A stretch of DNA of 64,000 nt, from the NCBI GenBank assembly GCA_965222225.1, contig CBDCTK010000002.1:640001-704000 (forward strand), in the 5' to 3' direction. A program made the position numbers and the translations under genes. The first letter of the stretch is position 1; each line of letters opens with the position of its first letter. Positions 51,583 to 62,766 of this stretch are shown here, piece after piece. The notes under the pieces are model-generated. The model worked only from the letters and a program-made list of their open reading frames with translations, was not told where the DNA came from and did no database searches. The stretch is from Candidatus Poribacteria bacterium (GTDB lineage: Bacteria; Poribacteria; WGA-4E; JAJDTR01).

Positions 51583-52236
51583 TCAAAAGAGCCGTGGCTT
51601 GCTCATTTCTAAAGAGCAGTCTATCGGCTGAGCGCCTAGTTGGAGAAGCGATCTGTTTGCTTTTGTGTCAAAGGTGAATAGGGGTTTACCCCATTCAGCA
51701 ACCGTCTTTGCAAATTCCAGCGTTCGACTCCCTTCCGCGGCGTGGGCAACAAGGATTTTGTCCGCAAGCGCGGCGACAAATTTATTGCGTTGGCGCGCCA
51801 ATTCTACGGTCGATCTCCGGAACTTACAAGCAAAAATGGATAGGATTAGGAGACGATTCTCGGACAAGGCTCGTTTCCACTCCGGTTTTAGCCGCATATT
51901 TTCAACACTCCGTGCGGGACAGATTATAATCGGCTGTTCGCCGCGCAGCAAAACGCGAAGACATTCCTTCTCTACCGGGGAATGAAAACCCCCTATGGTC
52001 GATTTGCCCAGCCTTCTGAATCGCTGGGCTAGGTCGTGTGTTTTCAAAATAATCTCGCCGGGACATTTGCTAGAGCAAAAAAGCGCCCAAAGTTCTCTCT
52101 CTTGGCTGATGTTCCGACTTGTCAGCAGGTTAACCTCCCCCCATCTCCAAATGGTTTCCGGGGCTTCGCTCTTCAGGTAGCGTTTCAGTTGCTCCGGGTA
52201 ATTCGGGTCTGTCTGCGTGATGTGTTCAATTGGCAC
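51583..52236 (-). CDS. Short DprA/Smf-like (SLOG superfamily) protein
   Basis: 'D..YPEQL', 'ALFCS.KCPG', 'GGFHSPVEKECL', 'RNKFVAALAD...V', 'GSRT'. Confidence 0.8.
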   Translation of the reverse strand: MPIEHITQTDPNYPEQLKRYLKSEAPETIWRWGEVNLLTSRNISQERELWALFCSSKCPGEIILKTHDLAQRFRRLGKSTIGGFHSPVEKECLRVLLRGEQPIIICPARSVENMRLKPEWKRALSENRLLILSIFACKFRRSTVELARQRNKFVAALADKILVAHAAEGSRTLEFAKTVAEWGKPLFTFDTKANRSLLQLGAQPIDCSLEMSKPRLF

Positions 52237-52270
52237 TTGTCATTGGGTACGGTTTAGATGAGGATTTTGA

Positions 52271-52546
52271 ACGTCTGTTTGAAAAAGATGGAAAAGCCTT
52301 TCTTGAAATGTACCTGTGGGATCTCTATCGCCTTGGCTATCCACTCAGTTGATCCCGCGCTGGGGCTTAGGTATGGAGGATTTCGGCGGTTCTATACACC
52401 ATCATGGATCTCTATCGCAGTCGCTATTCGCTCCTTTGATCCCACTCCGGGGCTTGCAAAGGCGATCGAAGGGATTTTATATTGATTTGATGGCCAAAAT
52501 CGGTTTCAAGGCAATAATTTTACTCGATATGAGTTTTCAAACAGGT
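52271..52546. mobile_element. MITE-like element, copy 2
   Basis: Terminal inverted repeats CTGTTTGAAAA...TTTTCAAACAG; contains two copies of the TCTCTATCGC repeat; no credible ORF. Confidence 0.65.
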
Positions 52547-52769
52547 TCTGAATCGTCAATTGTTACTTTCAGAAAATTAGACAGTTGAATGAGATGAATT
52601 TGCTATTGGCACAAGGATTCTCTCCCCGATCAAAAGTGTGATTCGGGAATGGTACTATAAAAACGGTTGTGTTTCAAGTGGGTCGAGCGTTCGGAGTTCA
52701 GAAGAAATAGAGCGTCGCTAGGTGATTTGTGTTGATCGAGAGCAGTTTTCCACTCAGTTGAGGAGGTTT

Positions 52770-52922
52770 TGTTCACATTTTTGGTTAAATTTGGGGCGCG
52801 AAAATAGGAACAAAGATGTGAACAGTCCGTTGATTTTGACCGGGTGTTCACATTTTCCGAGAGGGCACTTTCCTTTGACAGCGCGGGTTCGCAGGCGCCC
52901 GAATGTGAACAAGATGTTAACA
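52770..52922. repeat. Cluster of five ATGTGAACA 9-mers in both orientations (iteron-like)
   Basis: TGTTCACAT at 52770 and 52845; ATGTGAACA at 52816 and 52903; ATGTTAACA at 52914. Confidence 0.75.
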
Positions 52923-52939
52923 GAAAAAAAATCCGCACA

Positions 52940-53872
52940 TTAATACCTCCGGTGCTGCCAAAACTGCTCCCCCTGTGTCCAAAGGATTTCAGCAAAATCC
53001 TCATCTTCTTGGGTTCGGTTTTTGGCCATAGCCTGGTGCGCCAAGGTCATGAGACGTTCAGTTTCTTGGAGTTGCCGAACGGTTAGGGGCTGCCAGCCGA
53101 TATGCCTGCCGGCGTGGCCCCATTTTTTCAATGTGTTCTTTATCCCCTCCAGCGACAAATGGGGATATTCGTTAAGACGTATGTTTTGCGCGATGTAATC
53201 TTGAATTATCGCCGATCTGTCACGGTCAAACTCCAGGTCATGATTGGGCTGTGAGAGTCTCTCCGCCTCTTCACGTTTCAGGTTGATTTGGTCGGGGGAT
53301 AGGGCATCGTGCGAGACATGCGATTTTGCTTGGACAACGAATTCGTCGCCACACATTTTTTGTAGCCATCTGTCGTTCAAACTAATCCCCATATAATCGT
53401 CCAGAATTCGATGGTTTTTTTCTTTCCACTCACGAAATTCTAAGTTCGCCAACGCACTATCATAAACACCGGCAAACTGCGCGTCGAAAATCGCGATTTC
53501 CAATAGGAACGTGCGCGCCAGACCGCTGGTTTTTTCACAGAGGTAATTGGATTCGTTAAGGATTGTGAACCAACATCCAAGTAATTTGAGCGACAAGGCA
53601 TAGCGCTCGGAGATTGCATGCAGATTATGGTAGAATATTCGCTTCGTTTTTTCCTGCACTTGGCGCGCGTCGTAAAAGGATTTAAACAGCGGAGATTCGA
53701 GAGCAGTTTTGTTCTCGGCGAACCATCGCAAGAATGCTTCCTTGCCGCCGTGATTCCTTCGTTGATCGACTTCCGCATAAAGGCGTTTAACACAGGTGCG
53801 GGAGAAACGTGGAATTTTTCTAAGATTCGGGGTGTAGCGCAGTTTGTGGAACTCAATTGTTTTCCTTTTCAT
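52940..53872 (-). CDS. Hypothetical protein (310 aa)
   Basis: Long ORF overlapping the upstream gene end, AAGGA RBS; no family recognised. Confidence 0.7.
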   Translation of the reverse strand: MKRKTIEFHKLRYTPNLRKIPRFSRTCVKRLYAEVDQRRNHGGKEAFLRWFAENKTALESPLFKSFYDARQVQEKTKRIFYHNLHAISERYALSLKLLGCWFTILNESNYLCEKTSGLARTFLLEIAIFDAQFAGVYDSALANLEFREWKEKNHRILDDYMGISLNDRWLQKMCGDEFVVQAKSHVSHDALSPDQINLKREEAERLSQPNHDLEFDRDRSAIIQDYIAQNIRLNEYPHLSLEGIKNTLKKWGHAGRHIGWQPLTVRQLQETERLMTLAHQAMAKNRTQEDEDFAEILWTQGEQFWQHRRY

Positions 53873-54347
53873 CGTGATTCTGTCCTTCTATGATGCCAGT
53901 CAGTTCCATGATCCATTGGCGTGATTCTCTATAGGCGAGGGCAAGTTGGCGGAGGTCTTTGCAGTCAGCTTCCTCGCCGTCGGCGGCTAATTTCTTGAGT
54001 CGTATTATGCAGAGGTTCTGTAGTTCCAGCGCGATTGACATGTCGTTGGCGATGAACGCGGTTATTTCTTCGCGACGCTGTTCGGTCAAACTTTGAAATG
54101 CGGCTTGAGCGTTCTCGGCTTCAAACGCGTAGACGCGTGCTTGCCAATGAAACCGGCTTGACCATCTGCCAATTTGCGCGAGGGATCGCTTTTTGCCTTG
54201 TACTTCGCAATTTGAGAGGTCGCGCAGGTTTCGCGCGTCCCCAGCGTCGCGGTAGATTTCGAAGTAGGCGAAGGCGAGGGCGGATTCTCCCGGGAGGCGA
54301 GACTCAAAGTTGTACTCGTGTAATAGATTTGGTTCTTCGTGTGTCAT
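53853..54347 (-). CDS. Hypothetical protein resembling the phage terminase small-subunit-like HTH family
   Basis: 'RLPGESALAFAYFEIYRDAG..RNL' and 'RWSSRFHWQARV.AFE' recall a phage family found before terminase large subunits; recalled, not searched. Confidence 0.55.
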   Translation of the reverse strand: MTHEEPNLLHEYNFESRLPGESALAFAYFEIYRDAGDARNLRDLSNCEVQGKKRSLAQIGRWSSRFHWQARVYAFEAENAQAAFQSLTEQRREEITAFIANDMSIALELQNLCIIRLKKLAADGEEADCKDLRQLALAYRESRQWIMELTGIIEGQNHDEKENN

Positions 54348-54434
54348 GTCTGATCATCCGACTGATAGCAATAATGCTGTGGTTTTTTTACGATCGCATG
54401 GCGCAAGTCGTGTCAACGTGATTTTGTACGGGTC

Positions 54435-54495
54435 AAAAAAAAAGCCCACCAGCGGTGTCGTATTGAGCTAGGTCAATAGACAGCCACCAATGGGC
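54435..54495 (-). terminator. Long imperfect hairpin with U9 tail
   Basis: Minus strand GCCCATTGGTGGCTGTCTATTGA-cctagc-TCAATACGACACCGCTGGTGGGC followed by TTTTTTTTT. Confidence 0.7.
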
Positions 54496-55460
54496 CGAGT
54501 TCATACTAAATTCAATTCGTGGTCGGCGAGGATGGATTCTCAATCAGCAAGAACTCGTGATTCGCATTTGTTGTCGATTGCAATCAAAAAACGTCGACTA
54601 TCGGGCTTGCCTTTTTCCGCATTCTACTGACCCGATTTTGTCCAATATGCCTATATACACCGTCATCCTGATATAGTTTCGTTAACGGGTGTATTTTCTT
54701 GGGGTTTACGTCTAAAGCCCGATTTTTCTACGCCATTTGGTTTTGCGAATATTGAGCCACACAGCCACCAAACTGAATGCTTTCGCAGTACGATCAAGCA
54801 ATCGGCACTAACAAGACATCGAAACAAATCAGGCATCCAACCGGAGGTAGAAATGTTTTCGGTGGGATATAAGATGATAGAGTACGCGTGTAAGACAACT
54901 CGGCCTGTGCAGGCGGGGAAACTTAATAGAGTTTACGGAGATTAAACTCGTCATCTAACGCCAACTTTCCGTTCTCACTTTTCCTTACGTTAAGTGATAT
55001 TCTTATTAATAAAGGGTTGTGTTATTTCCGGCGTTTAGCAGGTTGTACAACCTTTCCTCTGCTATTCATCACACCGATACTAGAATCCTTGTAACGCTCT
55101 TTGGCAGCGTCAGTTGCCTGCTTATCCTTGTCTGCCACATGAGCCAACCCTTTATGACCTGAAAGTTGACGTCCTGCCTCGTTAACACTTTCTTTAGACT
55201 CTATTTCGATAGTTCTTCCACGAGCCTTGATGTCAGGGCATTTGCCTCTTGTGGTAATTCGAGAGTCCGCTCAAACTTCGCAAGCACTTCGCATTGGCCG
55301 CTCACATTTGCTCGCGATGCCTGCGCGGTGTTGCTTCGTGTTCGCGCTGTGCCATCGTCCGAGTCCGTGATAACAAGAAAAAAGCGGTTTCTAACAAACT
55401 AACGAATGGCACATGCAAATCTATATGAGCTTGCCCCAACCCTCCCGTGCGCGCGCCTTG

Positions 55461-57682
55461 CTAAATCGACTTCAGACACTCGAAAAATTCCTTGAGAATT
55501 GATTCTTGATCTCCAGTGGAGTTCGCTGTTGTGCCATCGTGCAGTTCGATGTTCAAATCGTCGCATAAACGGACGAATTGTTTCGACTTCGTAGGATCAT
55601 CAAATCCGCCGATGCCGATTTTCATTAGTTCTTCCGTAAACGTTCTAACACTCTTTCTTTGCGAAATTGCAGTCTTCAGTTCGAGTTTGTATTTGCACTT
55701 GAAAATATGCTCTAGGACTACTCGACAGTCCAGTTCTAAACTGTCAGCAAAGGTGCGTGTATCGAGCATTCCTTTCAATTTTTCGACTAGGTTAGGGATT
55801 TCATCATCCGGGAAATCCTGGGCAAAATCTGCATGAGCAATTTTACTGCGCTTCCGTTTTGTATCAACATATTCTTTGATTTTCAGAGTGCGGGCGCAAG
55901 GCATCAGGTGTTCTAATTGTTTTGCGAATCGTTCTTCATGCGTAAGAATTATCTTTTGTTTGCACGCAATATCCGCAATCAAATGCAAAGTCTTACGACG
56001 ACGCTCAATATCGAAACTGGACATTGGATCATCGAAACCACGATTTTTTTTTCTAATTCTCGATCATGTGAGAGAAGAGAAATGAAAAATGCAAATGCAA
56101 GTAGTCGTTTATCACTTTCGCTTAGAGTATTCCTAAAGTTCGGAGTTTTGTCATTCTCATTATCGATACTTACTTTATGGCTACCAAAAATCTTAAGCGC
56201 AAAAATTCGCTCATCTTTACCAACTATCTTTTTGAGGGGTTTGAAATCTTCCACCTCAAAATCGGCGCCCATATCTTTGCAAAAGCGATTTATCGTTCCC
56301 ATGTGAGTGTCAAAAGTCTCTGAAGAATACTCTTCAAGTTCTTTCCGTTTTTCGTCACGAGCAGTCCTTATCTCTTCCGCTTCAACTTCAATTGTTTCCA
56401 AATTCCTACAAAACTTGACCCACTCAGGTTCGTAACGCTTTTTTGTAATGTCTAGTGTACGCTTTTCGCTCTCAAGAGCTGAACCTGTTTTCGGTGAAGG
56501 CATGTTTAGTTTATTCTGCTCCAACTTCTCTAGATCAGACTTTATTTTCTCAATCCCTACCTTTAGACGATCGAAAGTGTCGAAATCTATCACATAATTC
56601 AAATCTCGTTTCTTATCCAGTTCTTTCTCAAATTGCCTTTGCAAGTCAGCAAGCTCAGAAATTTTGCTATTAGCCAAACCGATATCCAGTTCCTTAGCCC
56701 TCAAATCCGCCGAAATCTTTTCAAGTGTTGCTTCAAAGTTTATTCCCTTGAAATACTCTATCGCCTTGTTCATTTCATTTTGTAATTCCTCGTACCCACC
56801 CTTAAAATACGCGGAATAATGAGAAACGAGAGATTCAGCGTTTGCGCCGAGTTCTTGCCCACAAAAGACGCAAGTTCTCGGTGTACCATCCGACGGTTTC
56901 GCTTTGAGAAGATCTAACCCTTCGCTAAGAAAGTTCCAAGCATTTTTATGAGTGGCGAACTGCGAATTGATGTGTGCTTCTATCTCCTCTTGCTTAACAT
57001 CAAGCGTTTTCTTCAGTGTTTCCCGAATTGAAAAATGATAACTAGATAAACTTTGGATATGATTTCTTGTTGCTTTCTTGATATCCTCCTTCTCCCGTTC
57101 AAATTTAATTTCTTTTTCCTTATCCTTTATCTTGTTAGCAATACCAGTATCTTCTGGTAGGGCTTTGAATTCTTCGAGATCGGAGTTAGGAAAGTGGCGA
57201 GTAAATTCGCGTGTTTTTTCTCCTTTCTGATTAGTGTATTCCTCACTTTTCTTTTGCAGAGCAACTATCTCATTATTCAGATCCTGGCCTTTCTTGTCGA
57301 TGATAACAGCATTGAGATTCTTCTGCTGATTAAAAGTAACTTTTTCTCCCTCAAACACATTGTCAGCAATAAACTTTGAGTCGAAAATCAGGATGTCGGG
57401 ATTTGCTTTATTCCATGCACGATTTTGGAAAACATATCTGTCATTGTCATCTCCATCTTCAAAATCAATCTCTATGCTCATACCTGCGGTAGCACCAAAA
57501 GTCTTCCGCCCGATGAGAATGTCATTGTTTCCGGTTTGGATGGAACGAATAATTGCAGTGAGCGTGCTCTTTCCTTGCGCGTTAAAACCAAAAACAATCG
57601 TCTCTTTTGCAAATTCACAACCGGCGGCTTTGCAGTCGGCAAATCTTCCAATATTCTGAATTTTTCTTATTCTTTTCAACAT
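55461..57682 (-). CDS. AAA_13 / RloC-like ABC ATPase with zinc hook and probable C-terminal HEPN; frameshift at ~56035-56052
   Basis: Walker A 'GFNAQGKST', coiled coil with 'CVFCGQ', signature 'TLSESDK', Walker B split as IVV/FDDPMSSFD, C-terminal 'CRVVLE...N.ELH'. Confidence 0.75.
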
Positions 57683-57729
57683 TTTTACTTCATTCGCTCT
57701 TCGGTAATATTTGCGTACTTTTTATCCTA

Positions 57730-58773
57730 TAGGAGTTACGCAGTTGAGTGAAAATAGGTTATAATTTGAGTATGAATCCCCCTAAATATACTGACACTGA
57801 CTATATTGATTTCTTGGTAGCCGCTCAGAAAAGTTACAGTTGTCTTGAATCGGAAAAAGTTCAACCCCAAGCTGATAATCCTCCGGCTCACGATTCGATA
57901 ACACGGCTCTTGCATCGAGAGGAACCCGATACTGGCAAACTGTGGCAAGAATCGAGAAATCAGGTGAAATTAGAATCCGGAATTTTAGTTATAGATGACT
58001 CGACTCTGGATAAACCTTATTCACAAAAGATTGAACTCGTGACAAAACACTGGTCAGGGAAACACCACCGAGTTGTGAATGGGATTAACTTGGTCACTTT
58101 GCTCTGGACGGATGGCGATAGACATATTCCGTGTGATTATCGAATCTATGATAAAGCCAAAGACGGCTTGACGAAGAATGAGCATTTCCGCGCCATGCTT
58201 GAAGAAGCGAAAACACGCGGTTTTGCTCCTGAATGTGTGTGTTTTGATAGTTGGTATGCCAGTCTAAAGAATCTAAAAGCGGTGCGAGGTCATGGTTGGA
58301 AGTGGCTTACTCGTCTAGCTGCCAACCGACTTGTCAGTAAAGATTATTCCGGTAACCGTCCGGTGAGTACGCTTCCGAGTGAATCAACAGGTACAATTGT
58401 CCATCTCAAAGGCTATGGATTGATTCGAGTATTTAAGGTTGACACTCCAGAAGGTGACATTGAATATTGGGCAACGAATGATTTACAGATGGACGAATTG
58501 ACGCGTCTCAAATATGCCGAATGGTCTTGGACAATAGAAGAATATCATCGCGGGATTAAGCAATTTGTTGGCATTGAACGCGCACAAGTGCGCTCTGCTC
58601 GCACTCAAAGAAATCATATCGGTTTAGCGCTGAGAGCCTTTCTGAGAATTGAGCACTATTGCTATCATACCGGTATCAGTTGGTTTGATGCAAAACTCTC
58701 TATTGTCAGAGATGCGGTACGGGCTTATTTGGCACAACCTCTTTATACGCTTCAGCCAACTGCGTAACTCCTA
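57730..58773 (+). mobile_element. IS701-family insertion sequence
   Basis: Perfect terminal inverted repeat TAGGAGTTACGCAGTTG; flanking duplication TCCTA. The exact ends are ambiguous by about 1 nt because the target resembles the IR. Confidence 0.92.
57772..58767 (+). CDS. IS701-family transposase
   Basis: 'PAHDSITRLL', 'LVIDDSTLDKPY', 'FDSWY', 'W.IEEYHRGIKQ'; the stop codon lies in the right IR. Confidence 0.93.
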   Translation: MNPPKYTDTDYIDFLVAAQKSYSCLESEKVQPQADNPPAHDSITRLLHREEPDTGKLWQESRNQVKLESGILVIDDSTLDKPYSQKIELVTKHWSGKHHRVVNGINLVTLLWTDGDRHIPCDYRIYDKAKDGLTKNEHFRAMLEEAKTRGFAPECVCFDSWYASLKNLKAVRGHGWKWLTRLAANRLVSKDYSGNRPVSTLPSESTGTIVHLKGYGLIRVFKVDTPEGDIEYWATNDLQMDELTRLKYAEWSWTIEEYHRGIKQFVGIERAQVRSARTQRNHIGLALRAFLRIEHYCYHTGISWFDAKLSIVRDAVRAYLAQPLYTLQPTA

Positions 58774-59464
58774 TCCTATTCAATTTCGACAATGTTTTTC
58801 GCAACATAGGGAGTTTTGCCACACCCCAAAGAAGGATTGAGACCTGTATCGCACTCGCTCGAACTCGCATTAAATTACCGCAATCCATTAGACAGCAAAT
58901 GACAAGATTGAAGTAATGAATCCCCACGAAACGTGGGCAGATTGAAGCACCTGAAGTAATTGGAAATACACCTCGTATGGGGCTCTCTATGGGTCTCGAT
59001 CGCGCCCACTATCCAGTCGCTTTATCTATTCGCTCAGTTGATCATTTGCGATTCGGTTGCTTGATGCATTGAAACCGAATTCACTGGCAATCCTACTGAT
59101 AGTTTGATGATTCTTGATAGCATCAAGTGCCATTTGTGTATTGAATCGGCCATCACGCTGTTTTCTACGGGACATGGTGGAGAAACGTCCTTCTTTTTCT
59201 CGGCCTTTCCGATTCCCATTTTCGCTCAGACGATGACCATTTTTCTAGTCGAAATGATCTCCTATTCAACTGTCTAGTCTTTGGGGTAATCTCGAATAGA
59301 TTTCCGCCTGTCACCGTATATTAAATTGCAATGCCAATTATAACACATCGAAACAACTTGGGCAAAATTGAAGTTTAATCATTCGGCTGTGTAGCATCTA
59401 CCTCAGCTCGTGGTGCAAGTTCTGTCGATGGTTGATGATAATCCGCCTCTACGTAAGTCAACAT

Positions 59465-62400
59465 TCAATCACTGCCCAAGCCCAAGCCCATGCGGTATTT
59501 GATGTCGTAATTGATGATGAAATCTAATTCTTCGTCGGTGAATCCGTAGTGATTGGCGAGCACACGGTCAATTTGATCGAGGGTTGATTTGGAGTGCGAA
59601 TTCTGGTACGTGAAGGTATACGATGAACCCCTTGTTTTACTCTCGATTCGGTACTGAATAGCGTTTCCCAATAATTCCGTCTGAAGGCGCTCCGCTAAAT
59701 AAATCAAATCTCTCTCTAGAGGTTTGTTTTCCGGATAGTTGAACTGAAAGGAAAAAATCATGTAATCTTTCAAATTGAACAAATCGTAGCTGGTAAGATA
59801 ATACCACCAAAAGAGACTTGAATTTAATGTTGCCATGAACACTCTAGCATCATAGGGATTGGCAAAGTACGCTATCTTGTTGCTTAATGACTCTGTTTGG
59901 AATTTAGAATTAAGAAAAGTCCACCAATAGCCACCTCCGGCTGTTCGATAAGCAACAAAGTTATTATTGGCCTGACTTATTGGCAACAGATGCATCCCTA
60001 TTTCCTTATGATCCCTGTATTTTTCCAGAATAGAGTTTTCGATGTTATTTCCAACTTTGAAAATACGTTGCTTAAATTGTGGGGTTAAATGATATTTCAG
60101 ATTATTGAAGAGTATCTCTCGCGCCTCTGTGTACCACCTTATGACGGAGGTAGTATGAATGTTTGCTTTCTGGATCTTACTGTTATTGATGTGAAAAATG
60201 GATAATCTTTGTAAAACTCCGTGAAATAATTGCGCAGGACGTTGGTGAAAATTCGATATATGCAACGTGGGGTATTTTTTCAAATGTTCTTGGAATTCCC
60301 GCATACTTCGATTGGAAAAGGCACTAATGGGAACAATCATGCTACACATACCTGCCGATTTAAGCAATTTCAAGCTTCTTTCAGCGATGAGTGTATATAA
60401 ATTGCCACAACTTTCTGTTTCATAACTAGTGATTCTGTATTCTTTTCGTACCTTGCTGTATTTCACATACGGCGGATTACCAATAATCACGTCAAAGCCG
60501 CCGTTTTTGAGAATGGCGTAAAATTCAGTGAACCAATGGAAAGGCTTGTGTGAAGATAGCCACTCCTGATAGTCGCCTTCTTTTTTGGGGTGTACCTTGT
60601 ATTCTTCAGCAAGGTAGCGGTTGAGTTCCTCTGCTAATGCCGTGAGTTTTTCCTGTAAATTCTGTTTGTCCGTAGGTGTTACGCGACCGCCGTGTTTAGT
60701 CTGTTGTTCCTGAAATTCCTTGTATAATATCTCTACATCCTCGGCCTTTTCTTCGATTTCGTTCATTACGTTATCGAAGTCTATTTTGTTTTCGGTCACG
60801 GCCCTATTCACATCGTCATAGGTTGCATATCCGACGAGTGTGTTTCCCGCTTGGATGTTAAAGTCGATGTCAGGGAGCGGTTCAATATTGTGGACGTCAT
60901 CGACTTGTGCGACCATTTTGAGGAAGAGGCGCAGCTTGCAGATTTCGATTGCCTCCTCCATGATGTCCACACCGTAGAGATTGTTGATGATGATAGACTT
61001 GAGGATAAAGTATTTGCGGTTTGGGTGTTGCTCGACGCGATGAAGGATTTCGCGGAATTCAGCAAATTTCTTGGGATGTGGTTTTTTTTCCGAAAACTGT
61101 AATTCGTCAACGAAGGCACCCATGCGGTCGAGGCAAGCTTCGTAGAGGGGTTCAAGGATGTTGAGGGCGGCGAACAGGAAGGCGCCGGAGCCACAGGTCG
61201 GATCGAGAATTGTCACGTTTGTGATGGCTTTCCAGAAGGCACGCAGCAGGTCTGGACCTTCACAGTTTTCTATGATGTCTTGGGCAAACTGGCGAAGGTT
61301 CAAGTTATATGTGATGAGGTCATTCACCTCGTGAATTTCGCCTTTGGACAGTTTCCGGTGTATTTCATGGTATCGCTCTCGGCGCGCCACTACCTCGCGC
61401 CATATCTCCGTCGGCAGGGCATATTCGGAAGGGGCAAGGGTGTTCCATTGAGTGCGTTTCGACACGTTTTTAACTCCGGCGTCGATTTCTGGCGGCAGTT
61501 CGAGTTCCGTTCCGTGTTTGACGGCGTCGTAGATGTAGCGGTCGGGATCCTCAACGAGTAGTTGCCATACGGTGGGGGAGGTATCGCGAGCGGGAAGGGA
61601 GTCTCTATCGCCCTCGTTATCCGCTCGGTTGATCGCTCCTACGGGAGGAACGAAGGCGATTCTGCAGTTCATTCGCGCGGACTCCAGAAGGAACGGAATT
61701 ATGGTGTTTTTGCCGATGTATTCGGTGATGTCCTCTTTGGTGTAGTAGGCGCCCATCTGCTTTTGGTTGATGTATTTTTCAAAGATGAAGCCGAGGACAT
61801 CGGGGTTGATTTCGTTATCGTTGCGCAGGGGACGGTCGTCGAGGTGCCATTGGAAGCGCTCAAAGAACGTGAAAAGCCGTTCAAAGGCGGCGTCGGGAAT
61901 CTGAATCGATTCCCCGGATGCGCCTCTATCTGGTGTTTTTGGAAGATGCCGCCGTTGAGGTAGGGTACGTCCCCAAGCAGACGAGACATTTTTCTTGAGC
62001 GTTCGTTCTTTAGTTTGGCAAATCCTTCAAAGAAGAGCGGGCAGAGGAAGGCTTTGTAGTATTGGTCTATACCATTTTGTTGACTGCGCTGTAGGTTGTT
62101 GCGCAGGTAATACGGGTCGTTATTCAGGAAGCGTTTCTTCTGGATGAAGTAGATGAACATCAGGCGGTTGAGAATTACGGACACGTACCAGCGTTGCAAC
62201 CCTTCATCGGGAATCCCGTTCAGAAACCTGAGAAATTCGTCGTGTTCCGTTTTGAAATAGTCGTAAAAGCGCCTGGTTACCCTTTCAACGTCAAAGGCGG
62301 CGCGGACGCGGCTTGTAACATCTACTAGCGTTATTTCCTCTTCTTCCGCAAGGCTGAATGCAATGGACAGTAGTATTTGGATTAATGCCTCACCTGTCTG

Positions 62401-62766
62401 ATGAGTTAGGTCATAAATCTGTTCATGGCGTTGAGCAGGTTTACCCGGCTCGCGTTTGACCCATTGCCATATTTGTGTGGTTTTCTCGTGGTCGGTGTGG
62501 ATGATAAGGTGTTCGTGCACAGACTTGGCAACCTCGCGCTCTATCTTGCTTCGTGTCGCGTAATCTGGAATCTCGTTTTCAGGTGGCGACGAATAGTAAA
62601 AGACAACCATGCCTCGTTTTTCGGCACATCCAGTCAAGACGTATTCAACTTCGCCCACTCGTATTGGGAGGGTTTGCGAATAGAGATCCCAACCGAGCTG
62701 ATTGAATAGGGGCGGTAGGTCGAAATTTCTTAATTGTTCGCGAGCGCTCTCGCTGTCAATGTTCAT
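59465..62766 (-). CDS. Eco57I/type IIG-like amino-methyltransferase with C-terminal target recognition domain; frameshift at ~61912-61915
   Basis: 'VPYLNGGIF', then in the shifted frame 'INPDVLGFIFEKYINQKQMGAYYT', motif I 'DPTCGSGAFL', 'GVDI', motif IV 'GNPPY'. Confidence 0.88.
61584..61642 (-). repeat. GTAG-type REP element inside the methyltransferase reading frame
   Basis: GTAGGAGCGATCAACCGAGCGGATAACGAGGGCGATAGAGA...TCGCGA has the same core as intergenic copies at 8775, 17241, 23868, 35127 and 52321. Confidence 0.8.

Noticed and set aside
51358-52546. CRISPR array
   Set aside because: The repeats are degenerate, irregularly spaced and dispersed, and no cas genes are present.
54930-55450. 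Integron attC sites
   Set aside because: TAAC and GTT motifs occur, but no convincing paired R/L boxes and no integron integrase were seen.
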